Shown here one piece after another: positions 1 through 13,700 of a stretch of 64,000 bases of DNA; the first letter of the stretch is position 1, and each line of letters opens with the position of its first letter. A model generated the notes under the pieces. That model made no database searches and had not been told where the DNA came from. It saw only the letters and a list, made by a program, of their open reading frames with translations. The stretch lies in NCBI GenBank assembly GCA_040954595.2, contig CM082576.2, positions 9,799,129-9,863,128 on the forward strand. The letters run 5' to 3'. Position numbers and translations under genes: made by a program. The DNA is from Balanoglossus misakiensis. Its lineage: Eukaryota; Animalia; Hemichordata.

Positions 1-226
1 AAGCTGCTTTTCCATCTGCAATGTCATTTTACGACAAAATTTCCTTCCTTACTCTGTATACAGTTGGCTCCCATAGGTAATTGGGAAAGCACTTCATTTT
101 GTCTGTTCAATTTATTCAGTCTGTGATCTTATTTATTTTAGTTTAATAGTCAGTCACTCAGTCAGTTGTTTATTTGTTTGTTTTAGGATTTATTTTTATT
201 TATTTGCATATATCTCATTTGCACAG

Positions 227-3200
227 GTCTCCTGAAGGCGAGAAGAAACCAGAGCTGCCACCAATCCCATCCATCGATTGGAGTCATGTGATTGGGTTGA
301 TTTCACCAATAGAACTGTGCTGTCAGAAGTGGATGACTGAGATCACTCGTACGGATGACCCTCTTACAGATTGCGCCCTCACACTGGCAACTAGCTGTCT
401 CAACATCATGGCATCCTTTTACATGAAAATTACACAACAGGTTCGTTTTGTTTTTTTTGAGTAATCAAGGGTTTTGATGCAAATATTCCACCTTTACTCC
501 AAGGTTGTTGCCCTGGTGATCAGCCAGATTTACATTTTTTACATACTTAATTTTCTTATTCTCCTGAAACCAGCCGTCATACAGTGCAATAGAAGTTTTA
601 CAACACATTGAGATGTTAGTAGATGGCATACTGGTACCATTCATGAAATCAGGGAACTTTTATTCCTATGTGATAAATCTGAGGTAGGTAAATTTCTATT
701 TTTCTTAGTAATCATATGGCATTTGTCCCTTTAAAATTGAATAGATTCATCTGGCTTGTGTTCAAGATTTTGTGCTGTGCTTTCCCCCCTGATACACCAG
801 GACACACTCTTCATACAAGGAAGAGGACTCTTCATTGTCAGCTCTGAAGACTGGCTGCAAGTCACTGCCAGATTTGCGAAGTCATCCCTTAGATGAGAGA
901 CAGCATCCATGCATTCAACAGAATTCCCCCTATGGCTTCATGGGCGCGTATCTCAGGCTGATCTACACATGGGCCAAGATGCACAAAGGAGTGGCCGCAA
1001 AGGTAGCACAGATACTGATATTGTCTTCAAATGATTTGTGTGTTGTAAACTTTATTGCTCATTGCATGTCGTACAAAATACATCAGTTGTTATACCAGTA
1101 ATTTTAGAAAAGTTTGCACTCTGAGTTGGATTTGTTAAAATTATTTTTCAGTTTTCACCTCTGATTGAGAGTTCCTACGTTACATCATACCTGGAGAAGA
1201 CCTGTCAGACCAAGAGATCAGCTGGTGAAACTCTGGATAAGCACTTCTCACGTTTTGAACACATGGTCTTGTTCTACATCATCAAGATCTATCAGCTTGT
1301 GGTGAGTATGTCTTCACAACATTGGGATAACAGTTTATATTCTACGGCACATGTTAATACTTTGTGTGTTTAATTCTTCCAATCCCTCCTTAGGCCCAGC
1401 AGACAGACAGCTGTCACCAGTATTCCAAGCTCTATCACAGCGTAGCACTGTTACTGTTTACAAGTCTACACCCAGGTGATGAACACGTAGCCCACGACCT
1501 GATGTCAACTGTTTTATTTACTACAGACTACCTTGTGTGAGTGTAGCATGGACATTGTCTTTTACAATTATAACGGGATGATCAAGGGCATACATGTACT
1601 CAAACCATAGATGACATTGTTTATCAAGCACAAAAATTAAAACATCTTATTTCCACATCTGTGCCAAAAAAACTGCGTTTGTTAGGCATTGAGACACAAA
1701 AAAAGCATCTGAAGATTAAAAACACTTATGTATCCTGTGACATTAGATGCTTTTACGTGTTTCACCCCCAGGGAAGGTAGGATAGGTGACCCAGAGGCGT
1801 TCGAGTTGGCCGAACTGCTGCGAGTGTCAGACACCGGTACAGAGACGAGGGACTTGGGATCTCACCCGTCCGGACTACACAGCAAACAACCCAACCGTGG
1901 TGTGCTACTCCGGGATGCCTACAACAACCTGTCCAGCGTCAGAGCGTGTTACATGACGTACTTTGGAGGTATGGTGACGGCAGTGGCTAGGTCAAGGTGA
2001 GTGGGATCTGTGTGGACCTTGGAGGGGTATTATCCGAGGTGTCTCTTTGAGGGTGTGAGATTACACTGAAAGTGACGTGTTGATGAGCATGTACATGTAC
2101 ATGTAGTTGTGTTGTGAATAAAGTATACAGTTCTCAGTGAGAGGGAGTGTGTGAAGAGGCAATTAATGTTGTTTCTCTCTACATTGCTCTATTTCATTAG
2201 CTACTTACACTTCTACCAACAAGATTAGCAGCATCCCTACAGTGATAAATAGATTTTATTTTTCTACTTATAAAATGTCCCTCATGTCTGTCTTTTGTAG
2301 GAGTAAGTTCATGGTGACACCGCATGAAATAGAGTCTCACCTTCTTCCAGACTTTGCCGGTGCTCTAGTGCCGATGGATTGGACATTTCTACCACTTCTA
2401 CAGCTGTACAACCAAGCAAGTCAGGCGTATGTAGTAAATATTTAGCTGGCAGATCTAAGAATGTAATTGAGTGATCTTGATATGCCAAGAGAAATAATGT
2501 AAATTTGTTTTAGATTTATCAACTTTTAACACTTTAGTAACAATGACATTGTATTCAGAGCTGAGGTCACTATAAGGTCACACAGATAGGGCTGAAAGTT
2601 GATATTGTGTCAACTTGACTTTAATAAGGCACTGTGACCTATACAGATGAAAGAAATCTAAAAAAGTCAACTTGAGAATTAGTGTTTGACTCTGCAAATG
2701 AACGAAAAGTCAATCTCTGGTTATAAGTCATAAAAAACAGCATGATTTTGTCTTTCCAGGGAATTAATGGGCAAATCCATGGAGAATCTTCCTGGGCATT
2801 ACGTAACAGGGGTGACCAACACACTGAGGATGATCTACATGTTGGAAACCTGGAGACCAGATAGTGTATGTCAAGTTACCATGGCAGCCAAGATAACGAG
2901 GTTAATGTGTGTCTTTCTGACAGGTACGGACATGTCCAGTGTTAATAACTGTGTGTGTGTGTCAAATACAAATCATCAATGCAAACTCAAACAGGAGGCA
3001 AATTTGAACAAGATCGATTTGCTCATGTTGTCATCTGTAGCCAACAATTGTGGCTGTGTGTTAACCTCTGCTAAATTAATGACATGGCTAAATGTTGGCC
3101 CACGTCTTCCGGAAGAAATTAACAATTTTTTTTTTCATCTTTATCTCCAAAACTTGCATTGACTTCCGCAGGCAATGATCTGTTCCTTGAAGACACTGTC

Positions 3201-5937
3201 CACTGCTATCTGCTTGCTTTGTTAAGACTCTACACACAGCCAACATACATGGAGAAATTAGACTTCAATGTCCCAATACCCGGCGTGGCTTCATTTTACG
3301 ATTTGTGAGTAGAAATTCGATTGTCGGGACATTTGCAAATTAATCATTCGGAGATTATTTAGTTTGGTGTTGACATTTGACACCAGCAATGGAGATGCAG
3401 TACTTTGGGATTCCCAAGCAACTTACCCAATTGATAGGTCATAAACAGAGAGTTACTTATTAAGAATCTGTAGCAGAATTCATGATTCATAGCATTCAGC
3501 AAGGTGAATGAACTCAGTCATGAGAATGTATTATATATTCAAGAAAAGCTCATTAGCATGAAAGTGTCAAGGGCAACACAGAATATACTGATATGATGGC
3601 TGTAGGTTAATTAGCCAGTCCATTAGATTTTAATTTAATGGTAACACTCAGTTAAGCTAGAATTCTATTTAACTTGTTTTCTTTATACCATTGTGAAGTT
3701 CAAAAAAACAGACATACATTATTACTAACAGTAGAACAGCCAATCCAATCACGGTTGCCTGTCTGTGGTGGGATTGTGTCATCCAACATATCAGATATGT
3801 TGTACATCAGAATACCAAAAGAAGAAATACAAGTACATGTATGTCATCCTTCGCTTCAGGGCTTGAATTCCCATGGCATTGTTGCCTACAAAATGTTGAA
3901 GTCTCCAATCTGTGTCATATGCTGAAATTTCTTGTTTATTTATGATTAACACTTTTTTTTTACTGACAGGTACATAGTACTATTACACCAGTATGGTGCA
4001 GTATCTTTTGGCGACCCTCTGTTCACCTCTTTTGTGCTGCTGCCGTTACAACAAGCCTACAGCGTGCAGCTGAAGAAAGCGGTCTGGGGGGAGCACCAAG
4101 AAGTCATGAGGTCCCTACGAGTGCCAGTCAGAGAGGTGAGACCTCTGAGGCTTGTTGAAATTTTCCCCCACAAAAGAGAGACAGAAAAACAAACACCCCG
4201 GCTGAAAAGTTTCCAGGCAGAGCTACACGTAGGCCGTCAATGGACACACAAGAGGAAAAACAAACCTTCTGTCAGACTCTGAATCAGTTGTGTTCTTGTC
4301 CAATTTTACCTGCGTGGTCGCATTATGTCAAAGCCGTCAGGTGGAAAAACAGAGGTAACTGGATATCTTTGAATGGAAGTGGAGTGTAAGTGGCGGTGTA
4401 TTGTGGAGAAAGGCCTGCACCAGGGAAACACTTCAGGGGAGGTTAAACGGCCAACGCAGTCCACGTAATGTAATTTATAAGCAGATTTAACTGTACTGTT
4501 GTGTCGAATTAGCTTGAGATGGTTGTATAAGAGGCAGCCCTGCATCTGGGCAACATCTACACAACATCGGATAAGTATTTGTATGGAGGTCACGTGAAGA
4601 ACTGCAAGAACTGCACCTTTTGAAAAGCTATCTACAGAACATCTGCTGTGTACTAAAATTGAGCATTCCAAATTTCCCTTGGCATCTGTCTAGACATATA
4701 AACTGGATAGAAAACCTTGGTAAAATGAACTATTTAAGCAATAAAACACCCCCAGCCATGGTATACCACGAGATTTTGACCAGTTCACGACATATACGCA
4801 CGAGCGATAGCGAGTGCGTATATGGAGTTGAACTGGTCAAAATCGAGTGGTATACCATGGTCGGGGGGTGTTTTATTGCTATTATATTATGCCAGTATAT
4901 TGAAACTTTGCATAAAACATTTTAAAAAGGCATTTTCTTTGACTATGATATATGACTGTGGTATATGGCTAATATATCACGGTCACGTGTCGTGTCTCGA
5001 CCAATCAAATAGCGTGATTTACACCATCAATATACTGGTATAATATAATAAATGTTTTATGATTTCCAGAGCATTATTCCCATTGAGAGATACACGACTC
5101 CACAAGAAACACACATCGAACTACTACAGATGTACATGTCGGCCCTGGCATCCGGAGAGGTCAGGCAGCCCTGGTCTCCAGTCCTGTATTTGGTGGCCGT
5201 ACACCACGTCAGTGGGTCCGTGTTTGGTAGGACGGACAAGACAAATCAGCTGCTGATGAAAGCAAAGTTCAGGATGCTGAGACACATGATGGCTATGACA
5301 GACAAGGTAACATGTGAGAGGAAGAGGGGAAGAAGGAGAGAGAGAAAGAGACTAGCCCATTTGGGTAACTGTTTAGTTGTGATCATCAGAGACTAGTTGC
5401 TGACTCCAATCTGTCACTAACCACAAATCTCAGTGCAATCAAGCTGTTATTGTTTGGTCAGCTGCAACCACAAAGCAGAATACTACAGACTAGTTTTGTC
5501 TGTGTCAAATTAATGTATTGTATACCTTGGCGCTAGGGTTCTGTAGAATACCAGTGTACAGTTTTCCCCTGATGATTATTGGCTTGTGTAGAAATAGTAG
5601 GATTTAAATGGTTTGATGTTTGTCTGTCGAAAAACAAACTGTTGTCACTCCCGTGTTTGATTTCATCTGATTCCCATGTGTGTCACACATACAAGAATAA
5701 AGTTTGCATGCAAAATTCAATTGTGCTTTGCACTGTTGTTTTCCTCCCAGAATAACAATTGTCACTTTTAAAAATAGCAAACATGTATGAGTTCTTTTTT
5801 ATATTTTATTCCAGGAAGTTCAAAAACATCTCTTATACTACAAGAATTTCAACAAGGACTCGGCCATGGGTTTTGACTTATACGAGGAGATTCCAAAGGA
5901 TCGACAAGAATTGCTACACTCTCTGCAGTTGTCATGA
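227..5937 (+). CDS. RPAP1: RNA polymerase II-associated protein 1, 3' part (gene starts upstream of the window)
   Basis: Phase-consistent GT-AG exons: 227-440, 574-683, 801-1002, 1152-1301, 1394-1536, 1772-1996, 2301-2426, 2760-2923, 3172-3304, 3970-4135, 5070-5306, 5815-5937 (TGA). A further exon may end at 76. The translation has motifs recognised from the RPAP1 C-terminal region: LYHSVALLLFTSLHPGDEHVAHDL, PMDWTFLPLLQLY, LETWRP...ITRLMCVFL, AVSFGDPLF..FVLLPLQQ..SVQLKKAVWGEH, SPVLYLVAVHHV. Confidence 0.9.
4737..5049. mobile_element. Palindromic non-autonomous element (double hairpin) in an RPAP1 intron
   Basis: Imperfect inverted repeat with arms of about 65 bp at 4737-4880 (agcaataaaacacccc...ccatggtataccac...gtggtataccatgg...ggggtgttttattgct). 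It is immediately followed by a second IR, 4881-4903 / 5027-5049 (22/23 match), enclosing a ccaatca motif. Confidence 0.6.
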
Positions 5938-6317
5938 AACTTTCACTCAGGCTGTCAGCTTTTCTCATCGGAGCAAACTTACAAATTAAAAACCCCATTT
6001 TATTTTCCCGATCTCCATGATTTTTTTCAAAACATGCTTGTAAAATATCTATTCAAGTTGAATTCATCTTGTCCCCCCCCCTAAAATGCGAAAAATTTCA
6101 GAGTACTGGTAAACAGACAAAAAACTCAAATCGGAGAATACAGTTTTCCAAACATACAAACAAGCAAGTAAGCAAGGGAATAGATTTGTTTTCTTTTAGT
6201 TGAGAAATGTTAAATCTCATCATCATGGAAGACCTTAATTCTGTGTAGAGTTTATATTTTTATATATTTAATGTATTGCCATACATCAATCAATGTAAGT
6301 TGGTCATTAAATATGAT

Positions 6318-6323
6318 AATAAA
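6318..6323 (+). terminator. Probable polyadenylation signal of RPAP1
   Basis: AATAAA about 380 nt after the stop codon, followed by a GT-rich tract (ttatgtggtggtttc). Confidence 0.5.
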
Positions 6324-7339
6324 TTTAAATTGAAAATATATTTATGTGGTGGTTTCACTATTGTAGTACATTGTAGACCTTTCTTGACTATTGGCAAGAG
6401 GCAGGAGCAACCTTGACAGGGGCTTAAAATTCTAGCTATTATTTCGAAGAAAACCTCAACCTTGGGAAACGCCCAGATTTAAAGCATTGCATTATGAAGA
6501 AACTTATCCTGCGGCATTATAGCAGTTGAACAACATGTTTTTGAAGGTCTTTTGTCTGGACAGATTAAACTGCTTTTCAGTTCGGGTCACATAATAAAAA
6601 ATATATCCCAGGGAGACAAGGTTTAGGGGACCCACCCCTATCCTCTGGCAAAGACTTGTTTACATTTTCATTAGATCGCCATCTGAAATTCACCCTTCCA
6701 TCATACCATGTGTTGCGGCAATATCCTGTTGCTAGGTAAGTTTTGTGCTTCAAGCACTTGTATATATATGTACATGTGTTCAGTATTTTTATTGTGCAAA
6801 ATAGAAACTTATTGGATCTGGGTGACTGGTTACAATAACATTCATGATGAAAAGACCAACATGTACTGCAGTTTCATTTGTTTTGCCGTTTATTGTGTAT
6901 ATTTTCATAGTATGATACATATATAAATTTGATATTGGAGCAAGCAGTAAATGAACTTCTGTGTCTTTCTCGTGCGTGTATGAGGACATGGAAGCCAGCC
7001 TTCTCTTGTTCGCTCTGCCAACAATATTGTATTTTGGCAGTACCTGCGAAAAAAGCAGCAGATCAAACACTGATTCCCAGATGCTCACTTGTTTAGCGCT
7101 TCGCGGAATAAACGTTTCGCTGTGTATGTGCAGGAAGTTATAAATTACCAGCAGAGCTCCTATTGGATAAGACCTTTCGTTCAGGAATTACCATTTCACA
7201 GTGTAATCACATTCAGAGCGGACTGGACTTATATTGCATGTGTCGGTAATTGGGGTTGGCTCTACAGAAATGAACAGTTTACCTTAAAAATTAGAAATCT
7301 GTTTCAATTTTCCAATAACATCGTCCAGATTTCATTGTT

Positions 7340-7746
7340 CAATGGGATACGCCCCTTTCTATTAACCAATGAGAATATTGGTTACAAGGAGAGACATACA
7401 GGGAGCCCTCAACGTTTCGAAATTCGAATTTACCGCTAGACGATCATCTGTTGTCATTCTGATGAGACATTGTAAGCGCGGTACAATGGGTAAGGATTCA
7501 TCATTTTCAAGTCGGTTCCCCTCGGAGTGAAAATGTTTTGGATTATTTCTGCGTAGGAATTATAGACGAAGCCCATCGAACAAAGGACTGGGCGCAACGC
7601 CTTATACCGGGAAGACGTGGAAATAGCGGGACACGTACGTACGTATGCAACGGCATCGAGACAGATGCTGGAGATAGCGAGCCAGAGATTGAAAGACGAT
7701 AGCTAGCAGTTTCCCATCGGAAGACCACTGTGTTTGTGGAACCAAA
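7340..7746 (+). promoter_or_regulatory. CpG-rich promoter/5' UTR region of MAPKBP1/WDR62
   Basis: Sharp local rise in CpG relative to the flanks and a CCAAT near 7366, directly upstream of the ATG at 7747. Confidence 0.5.
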
Positions 7747-10700
7747 ATGAGCCTAATCAGACAGCCAGCACCAAATGGCCACGAAAGGCAGCTTCGGAGA
7801 ATCGTTAGGTCGCCGTCGCTGAAGAAGCGGGCGTCAAAGTCGGTGCCGCTGAGTGAACGGGTAAGTTTGAGGCCGGATGGGCCGTCTCGCCGTTGTGGGT
7901 CGTCTGTACCACACGTACGTTGACTCTCCTGCAGACCTGACGTGCGAAGTTCACAATCAATTAACATCATTTACTCATGGCATACAACATGTACATATGG
8001 AAGGGGGTTTTCCTACCTCCATGCGTTATTGCTGATGTCGACCCCATATCATAAAGGCACAATCGGAACTGTGTAACATGGAGTGTACATGTATAAAATT
8101 ATTTTCATTGAGCTTATATTTTCATACAAAATGATAAAGGTTAATTGTTGTTTGTTTTTTCTGTGTGCTGTATAATTAATGAGGGGGTACCTCAATGATT
8201 GAACAATCACATATGTAACATTTCAGTATGTTACATGATTGACACCTACAACTGAAATGTTGCCAACAGAGACAATCAGAAGCTATAATAGTACTACAGA
8301 ACACACCTCAGCCCCCGCCCACCCCCCTGCTCCCCAAGTTGCATGTATTGATGCTATTGCACAACACACATGGATGCACATTACTGCTGTGGTACAGTGG
8401 GCTTTGTACAATCCCACATTATGTGTGCTTTGTAATGAACATATGCTGAAACAGTTACATGTATACTCATAACCCAGGCGGTACATGTATGTTGATACGT
8501 GCATGTCTAGACCTGGTTAATTGAGTAAGTTCATCACAACACATATTCACATTACACATGTTTTTGCAACAACAAGCACACATTTTTCTAGAGAACAAAT
8601 ATCAGTCGCTGTAGAGTGGCGATGGCTCCATTGGTGCAGTGCCAATAACTTAGCGTAGTTGCACCGTGCGACTTGTGTGTGAGTTTCACCCTTTTGGAGC
8701 GGTCTGCTTTGGACAATATGACATTATAAAGAGTGAATGACTGTGTCACAATATGAGACACGCTTAACTGGTATTTAAAAAAATAATGGCTGGGCATCCC
8801 ATAGAAAACAGCCTCGTTAAGTTTATGAGTAATTGCTTAGTCAGTATGTAATATGAAGTCATATACTTCAATTCGGGCAGTGATTAAACTTTGAGAAAAC
8901 CAAATCTTGACATGGGTCACCAAAGGGAAGGGGAAGGGCATACAAAGGGACAAAAAGTTGATCATTTGAAAAGATTCTTTGCAATGAAAGTTTGACAACT
9001 TGCGTAATTGATGACATCACTATACATACATGATTGCGGGTGTTCAAGAGGGCAATTGTTTGAGGCAATATAGAGAAAAACGCTCATCAAAAGTGGTATA
9101 ATGTTGCTAATTTGAAATAACAGTGAGCCAATTAGTGAGTTAATTTGATTCGAGTGATTAGCTGATAGCATTGTTGACATTGTCAGGGTTACCATTTTAC
9201 ACTCTGACTTTACACAAATATCTAAGGGTGTTAATATTGAACAGTTACACACACCTCCCTATCAATCATATGTAAACTTTCCACATGATTTTTAATGAAA
9301 ATATATGCTATATAGACATTGAAGACAAGTTGAACCAAAGTGTGTACTTATTACACAAAAAGGGTCAACTTTCTGACATTTTGTAGGACTGAACTAACAT
9401 AATATAAATCCAACTGCACATAGTTTATGTGTGTAGTATAATTATATCACTCAACTCCTCTTACAATTCCACTGTGAAATCATTTCCAAAACACTTCACA
9501 CAATGTACAATGACAATGAGAGGTTTTCAATTTCAGATGTACATCCCATCATCCCATGTTAATTGAATATTTAAAACTTATTCAGAAAAGTAAGTTTGTC
9601 TTGCATTTTTAGTTTTTTTTATTCTCTCTCAAGCAGGACATTATTCTTGAGTACAAGTAGTCTAGTAGTAGTAGTAGTTCTGAACATGCCAAAGTAACTA
9701 GTATAAGTATATATGTTCAGCCTATCTGACTGTATGCATTGTAGGTCTCCCATAGCTCAGATGTCAAGTTTATTTATGAACAACCCAACAACTTAATTTA
9801 TAATCATTACCCCTTCTAATCCTGACCTAGAAAAAATGTATCCCCCCATATCAGTTTGTATTACAACAAGGTTCAACACCTGAAGTAGAATTTACCTGGG
9901 GTTGGGTTACCTGTCTTTGAGTGTAAACTTTGTATGGTTGTGTGCCGTAGCAGTCGTGCACAAAAAGGGGGAAAATGACCCCTTTTATCACCAGCCAGGC
10001 AATATTCACAGTCCAGCTGTCAAGTATAATGGTGTTGCACTCACTGAAATCCAGGTTGTGTATGTGCCATTGTCATCATGATAATTACAACTATATTTTT
10101 GAATACCATTTTGACATACTTCAGAAAAAAATATGTATTTTTGCCACCATCAGAACCATAAAGCTTCCAATTCCAATTTTATATGAATAATTATGAATCT
10201 GTTGTTTTGTTTTGTCTTAATTTTTCTTTCAGGTTACCCTTGAGCGAGTATTGGGTTTAACACTGAGCGATAACTGTGCGTTTGATTGTGATCGGAACAC
10301 GGGTCTCATCGCCTATCCAGCAGGGTAAGGACATGTGTATTTCTTGTACATCAGGTTGCGGATGACAATCTCCCATGATCAGAAGAAGCTGTTGATGATA
10401 GCATCCTGTCACGGCTTCCCCCAGCGGAAGGTTAATCACAAATCACCTCCCCCCCGGTCAAATTTATCAGGTAAACATACCGATAAATTTAACTGCGGTG
10501 GAGTGATGCTGGTCGTGCAATAGTCTTTTGGCACCCTTCCCACTGAAAGATTTATCCGAAGTGGACACATGCTCCAGTCATTGGAGTTGTCGAGATAACC
10601 CTCTAAATGGCAGCTTTCAATCATGCGTCCCAATTTCTGAAACGGCTTGTTGCCGGACAGCTCATGCCAATAATAATCCCCATTTGAAAATAACCGTGTT

Positions 10701-13700
10701 GCAATCAGCGGAAATATGACAGATATTTTTTCGACTCATCTCGAGATGATGGGATGTCTCGAATTACCATTCTCCAGATGACAGCGCTTTAGCTTTCACT
10801 GTGTTGTGATCTGGCTGGATCTTCGAAGCTTGGCAGAAAATGGTAGCTTCAATACTTGAATCCGTGTCATCAGTAAAACATCGGTGAAGTCATGACATCA
10901 TCTGTGACCTTGTCTTGGCTGTTTATCTCAGTTGTAGTTCTGGATTGTTACTTAGCAATTGCCCGTTAACGCATTGTGATGTGAATTCATCTGAAATTAT
11001 CACTTGTCTGTTATTAGTGTTAAAATCGTGTATTTGGTAATTTCAAGAAAAATGGGTGATTATTATTTGCATTTCATGGAGTTTAATCAAATAACATAAT
11101 ATGTTATCAATGTAATCCTTGTCAATTATAGGTCACAGTTTTTGTCAAATGCTGAATTAATCTTTTCATAAATTTCCTGTGTAGATATCGATTTTCATTT
11201 TAATTATTAATATTTGCGCTCAAAACAGTGGCAATGATAAAATCAGTTTGAATCACATCTCTGAATAGCAAGGCCAGAAGTATAATGGCAATGCTATAAA
11301 GGCCGGCCCATTTGTCTGTTTTATTGCTGTTGACTGTGGCATTGTCTGCACATTAATTGTAATTTATCAGTGTGTTCAAGGCCCTAAGTACATGTATCTC
11401 GATTCATTGAGATTGGTGAGAAAGAAGAAAGGCATGTCATTCACCTAGTGGTTACGAAAAAAGGTCATGATTCATGTTATTGTTCTTCCCAACTAATAGT
11501 GAAGGCATGTCAGAGAACAACCAAGCTGTGTTACTCATTTTTGACATTTGCAACAATACATGCGTGTGACAGGTGAGGATTCCAATTATAGACGCGGAAA
11601 TCGCGTGGCAATGGTGGGAAATCGACATATATGTTGCTTTGGGAAATAATCAGTTATTTCTGTCCTTTGCGTGGCAGCCTTTGCACCCTGATATGAGTAG
11701 ATAAATATAAAATTGGTCAGATACAGGCTGTTTTATGTCGAAACGTGTGTGGGAATTTACATTAATGTTAAAAAAGCAGACAGACTGCAATAACTGATGG
11801 TTTACTTGAACAAGTCATATTTGTTCCCAGTGTGCCATATATACACGCTACAATGTCTGTCTGATGATGTCCTTGAAACACAGGAGAATGAAGTTGTCAT
11901 GCTGTGATACCAGGTCTTCAAAGATAATGTCTGCAAATATTTTCCCAAGTGCTTGAAAATTCATTTGATTATTAAAGGCAAGTGGGGCAATAGATATGTG
12001 GTTCAGATTAAAAAAAAGTAAACTGCATAACTGTATTGGTAAGAGAGTGTCAGTTACTTAATCAAAAATTAATCTCCAGTCAAGGACATCAAAAAAGGTG
12101 ATTAAAAGTGTGATAACCATTGTATTCCTAGTCATATTTAATGTTTGATGAGTAAACAAACTTTGTTTAAAAGGCCTTTCTTGTAAATTCCAACAACTTG
12201 GTGATAAACCACTTCATGTTTGGTCACCAAAGTTTGCGTCAGTTTGCCAGGCTGCTCAGGTAATCTGGAAGGTGTATATGTAAATGTGTCAAAGAGCAAA
12301 TAGTGTTGGCTTTGATAAAAACCCTGTCTGCACCCATCTCTATTGGAGGATAATGCTTTTATTCACCTGCTGAGAAAGTGTCTTTGTCTGTCTCAGAAAG
12401 TGATCATTTGTGTGTAATAGTCCCTGTGCTATATTGGCTGGATTCTGGCATAGTCTAGTTTGACTCTCCCAGTAGCCCAGTTACATGTTGCATAACGACA
12501 TTAGGCGGCATTGTGTCGCGGAGTTGTACAATTTTAAAGAAAAGGTCTGCAGCCTAAAGCCTGTTTTGTGCAAATTAGCTGTTGTACTTCTGGTGGACCC
12601 TTTTGAGGTGATTTTCTCATCTTTGCCTCTCTATTCACAAGCTTCATTTGTCAGACTGTTAGTCCTACTGTGTGGAATGACGCAGTCCATCATCTTGGCA
12701 CATTTCGAATGTTTTGTGTGTGTACTACGGGGGAGTTGAAAGTTTCTGAATTAAAAGTATGTATGCAAAACCAGGTTTCGAGAAACAGAGGACAGATGAG
12801 ATTTACTTCTTTCAAGCAGGTATTGGCTTAATAAATGAAGCCATCAAGTATTTGCAAGCACTTTGCAGTTGGACCAACAGGCAGGTCCCCCACAAAGCTT
12901 TCCCATTGCACTGTCTAAGATACCTGTCCCCCTATACCCACACAGTCCTATTGAACAGTTGAACACTGTTATCTGGCTCAGCTCGTGACACAATGCGATT
13001 GAAAGTCGCAAGGAGAAAAGCAAGTAGAAACTCCTTTTTGAGACATCGGCATCAATCAGTTGACGGTGGAGGCATTATTTGGTGGCATGACCTAATGACA
13101 GCCTTTTAGTATGGTCAGCGGCCGCCCCATTTATCAGGACGTCTCTGACAGTGCTGGCTGGGTCAAAGGTCGCATCCAGACCTGGAGAGTGTGTGGTGCG
13201 GCATTGAATATTACAACACGTCTGTAGAGACTGTGTATGTGGACATCCAAAGTATCCTGTTTTCATCGACCGGTCACAACTTTTGTAGTGGTGTATTGTT
13301 GTCCAAAGTATAACTCCTCTGCATTTGCCATTTGCTGACAGACTGACTTTTGTTCCCACAGACCCTTTTCACACTTATTTTTAATACTCATGAATATTTG
13401 GTGAAACTGCCAACAACAGTTAGTATATTTCTCAAAATGACTTGCACAATGCTCATTTGCAGGGAGAGTTTGATTTCTCTAAATGAAAGTGTGGTGTTAG
13501 CATCCTGCTGCTGTAAGTCATCAAACAGTTGCACCAATAAAACACTTGTCTTGCTCTTTACCGCCAGAATGCTTGGCACATTTTAATTAAATTCAGAAAA
13601 TACTATCCTGGAACCGAAAATAGTACAAAGGAACTTGAACACTGGACTCCCAGCTGGTCTCCAAAGGCCACGAGGTCACATCCGCTGCTGGTGCCAACTG

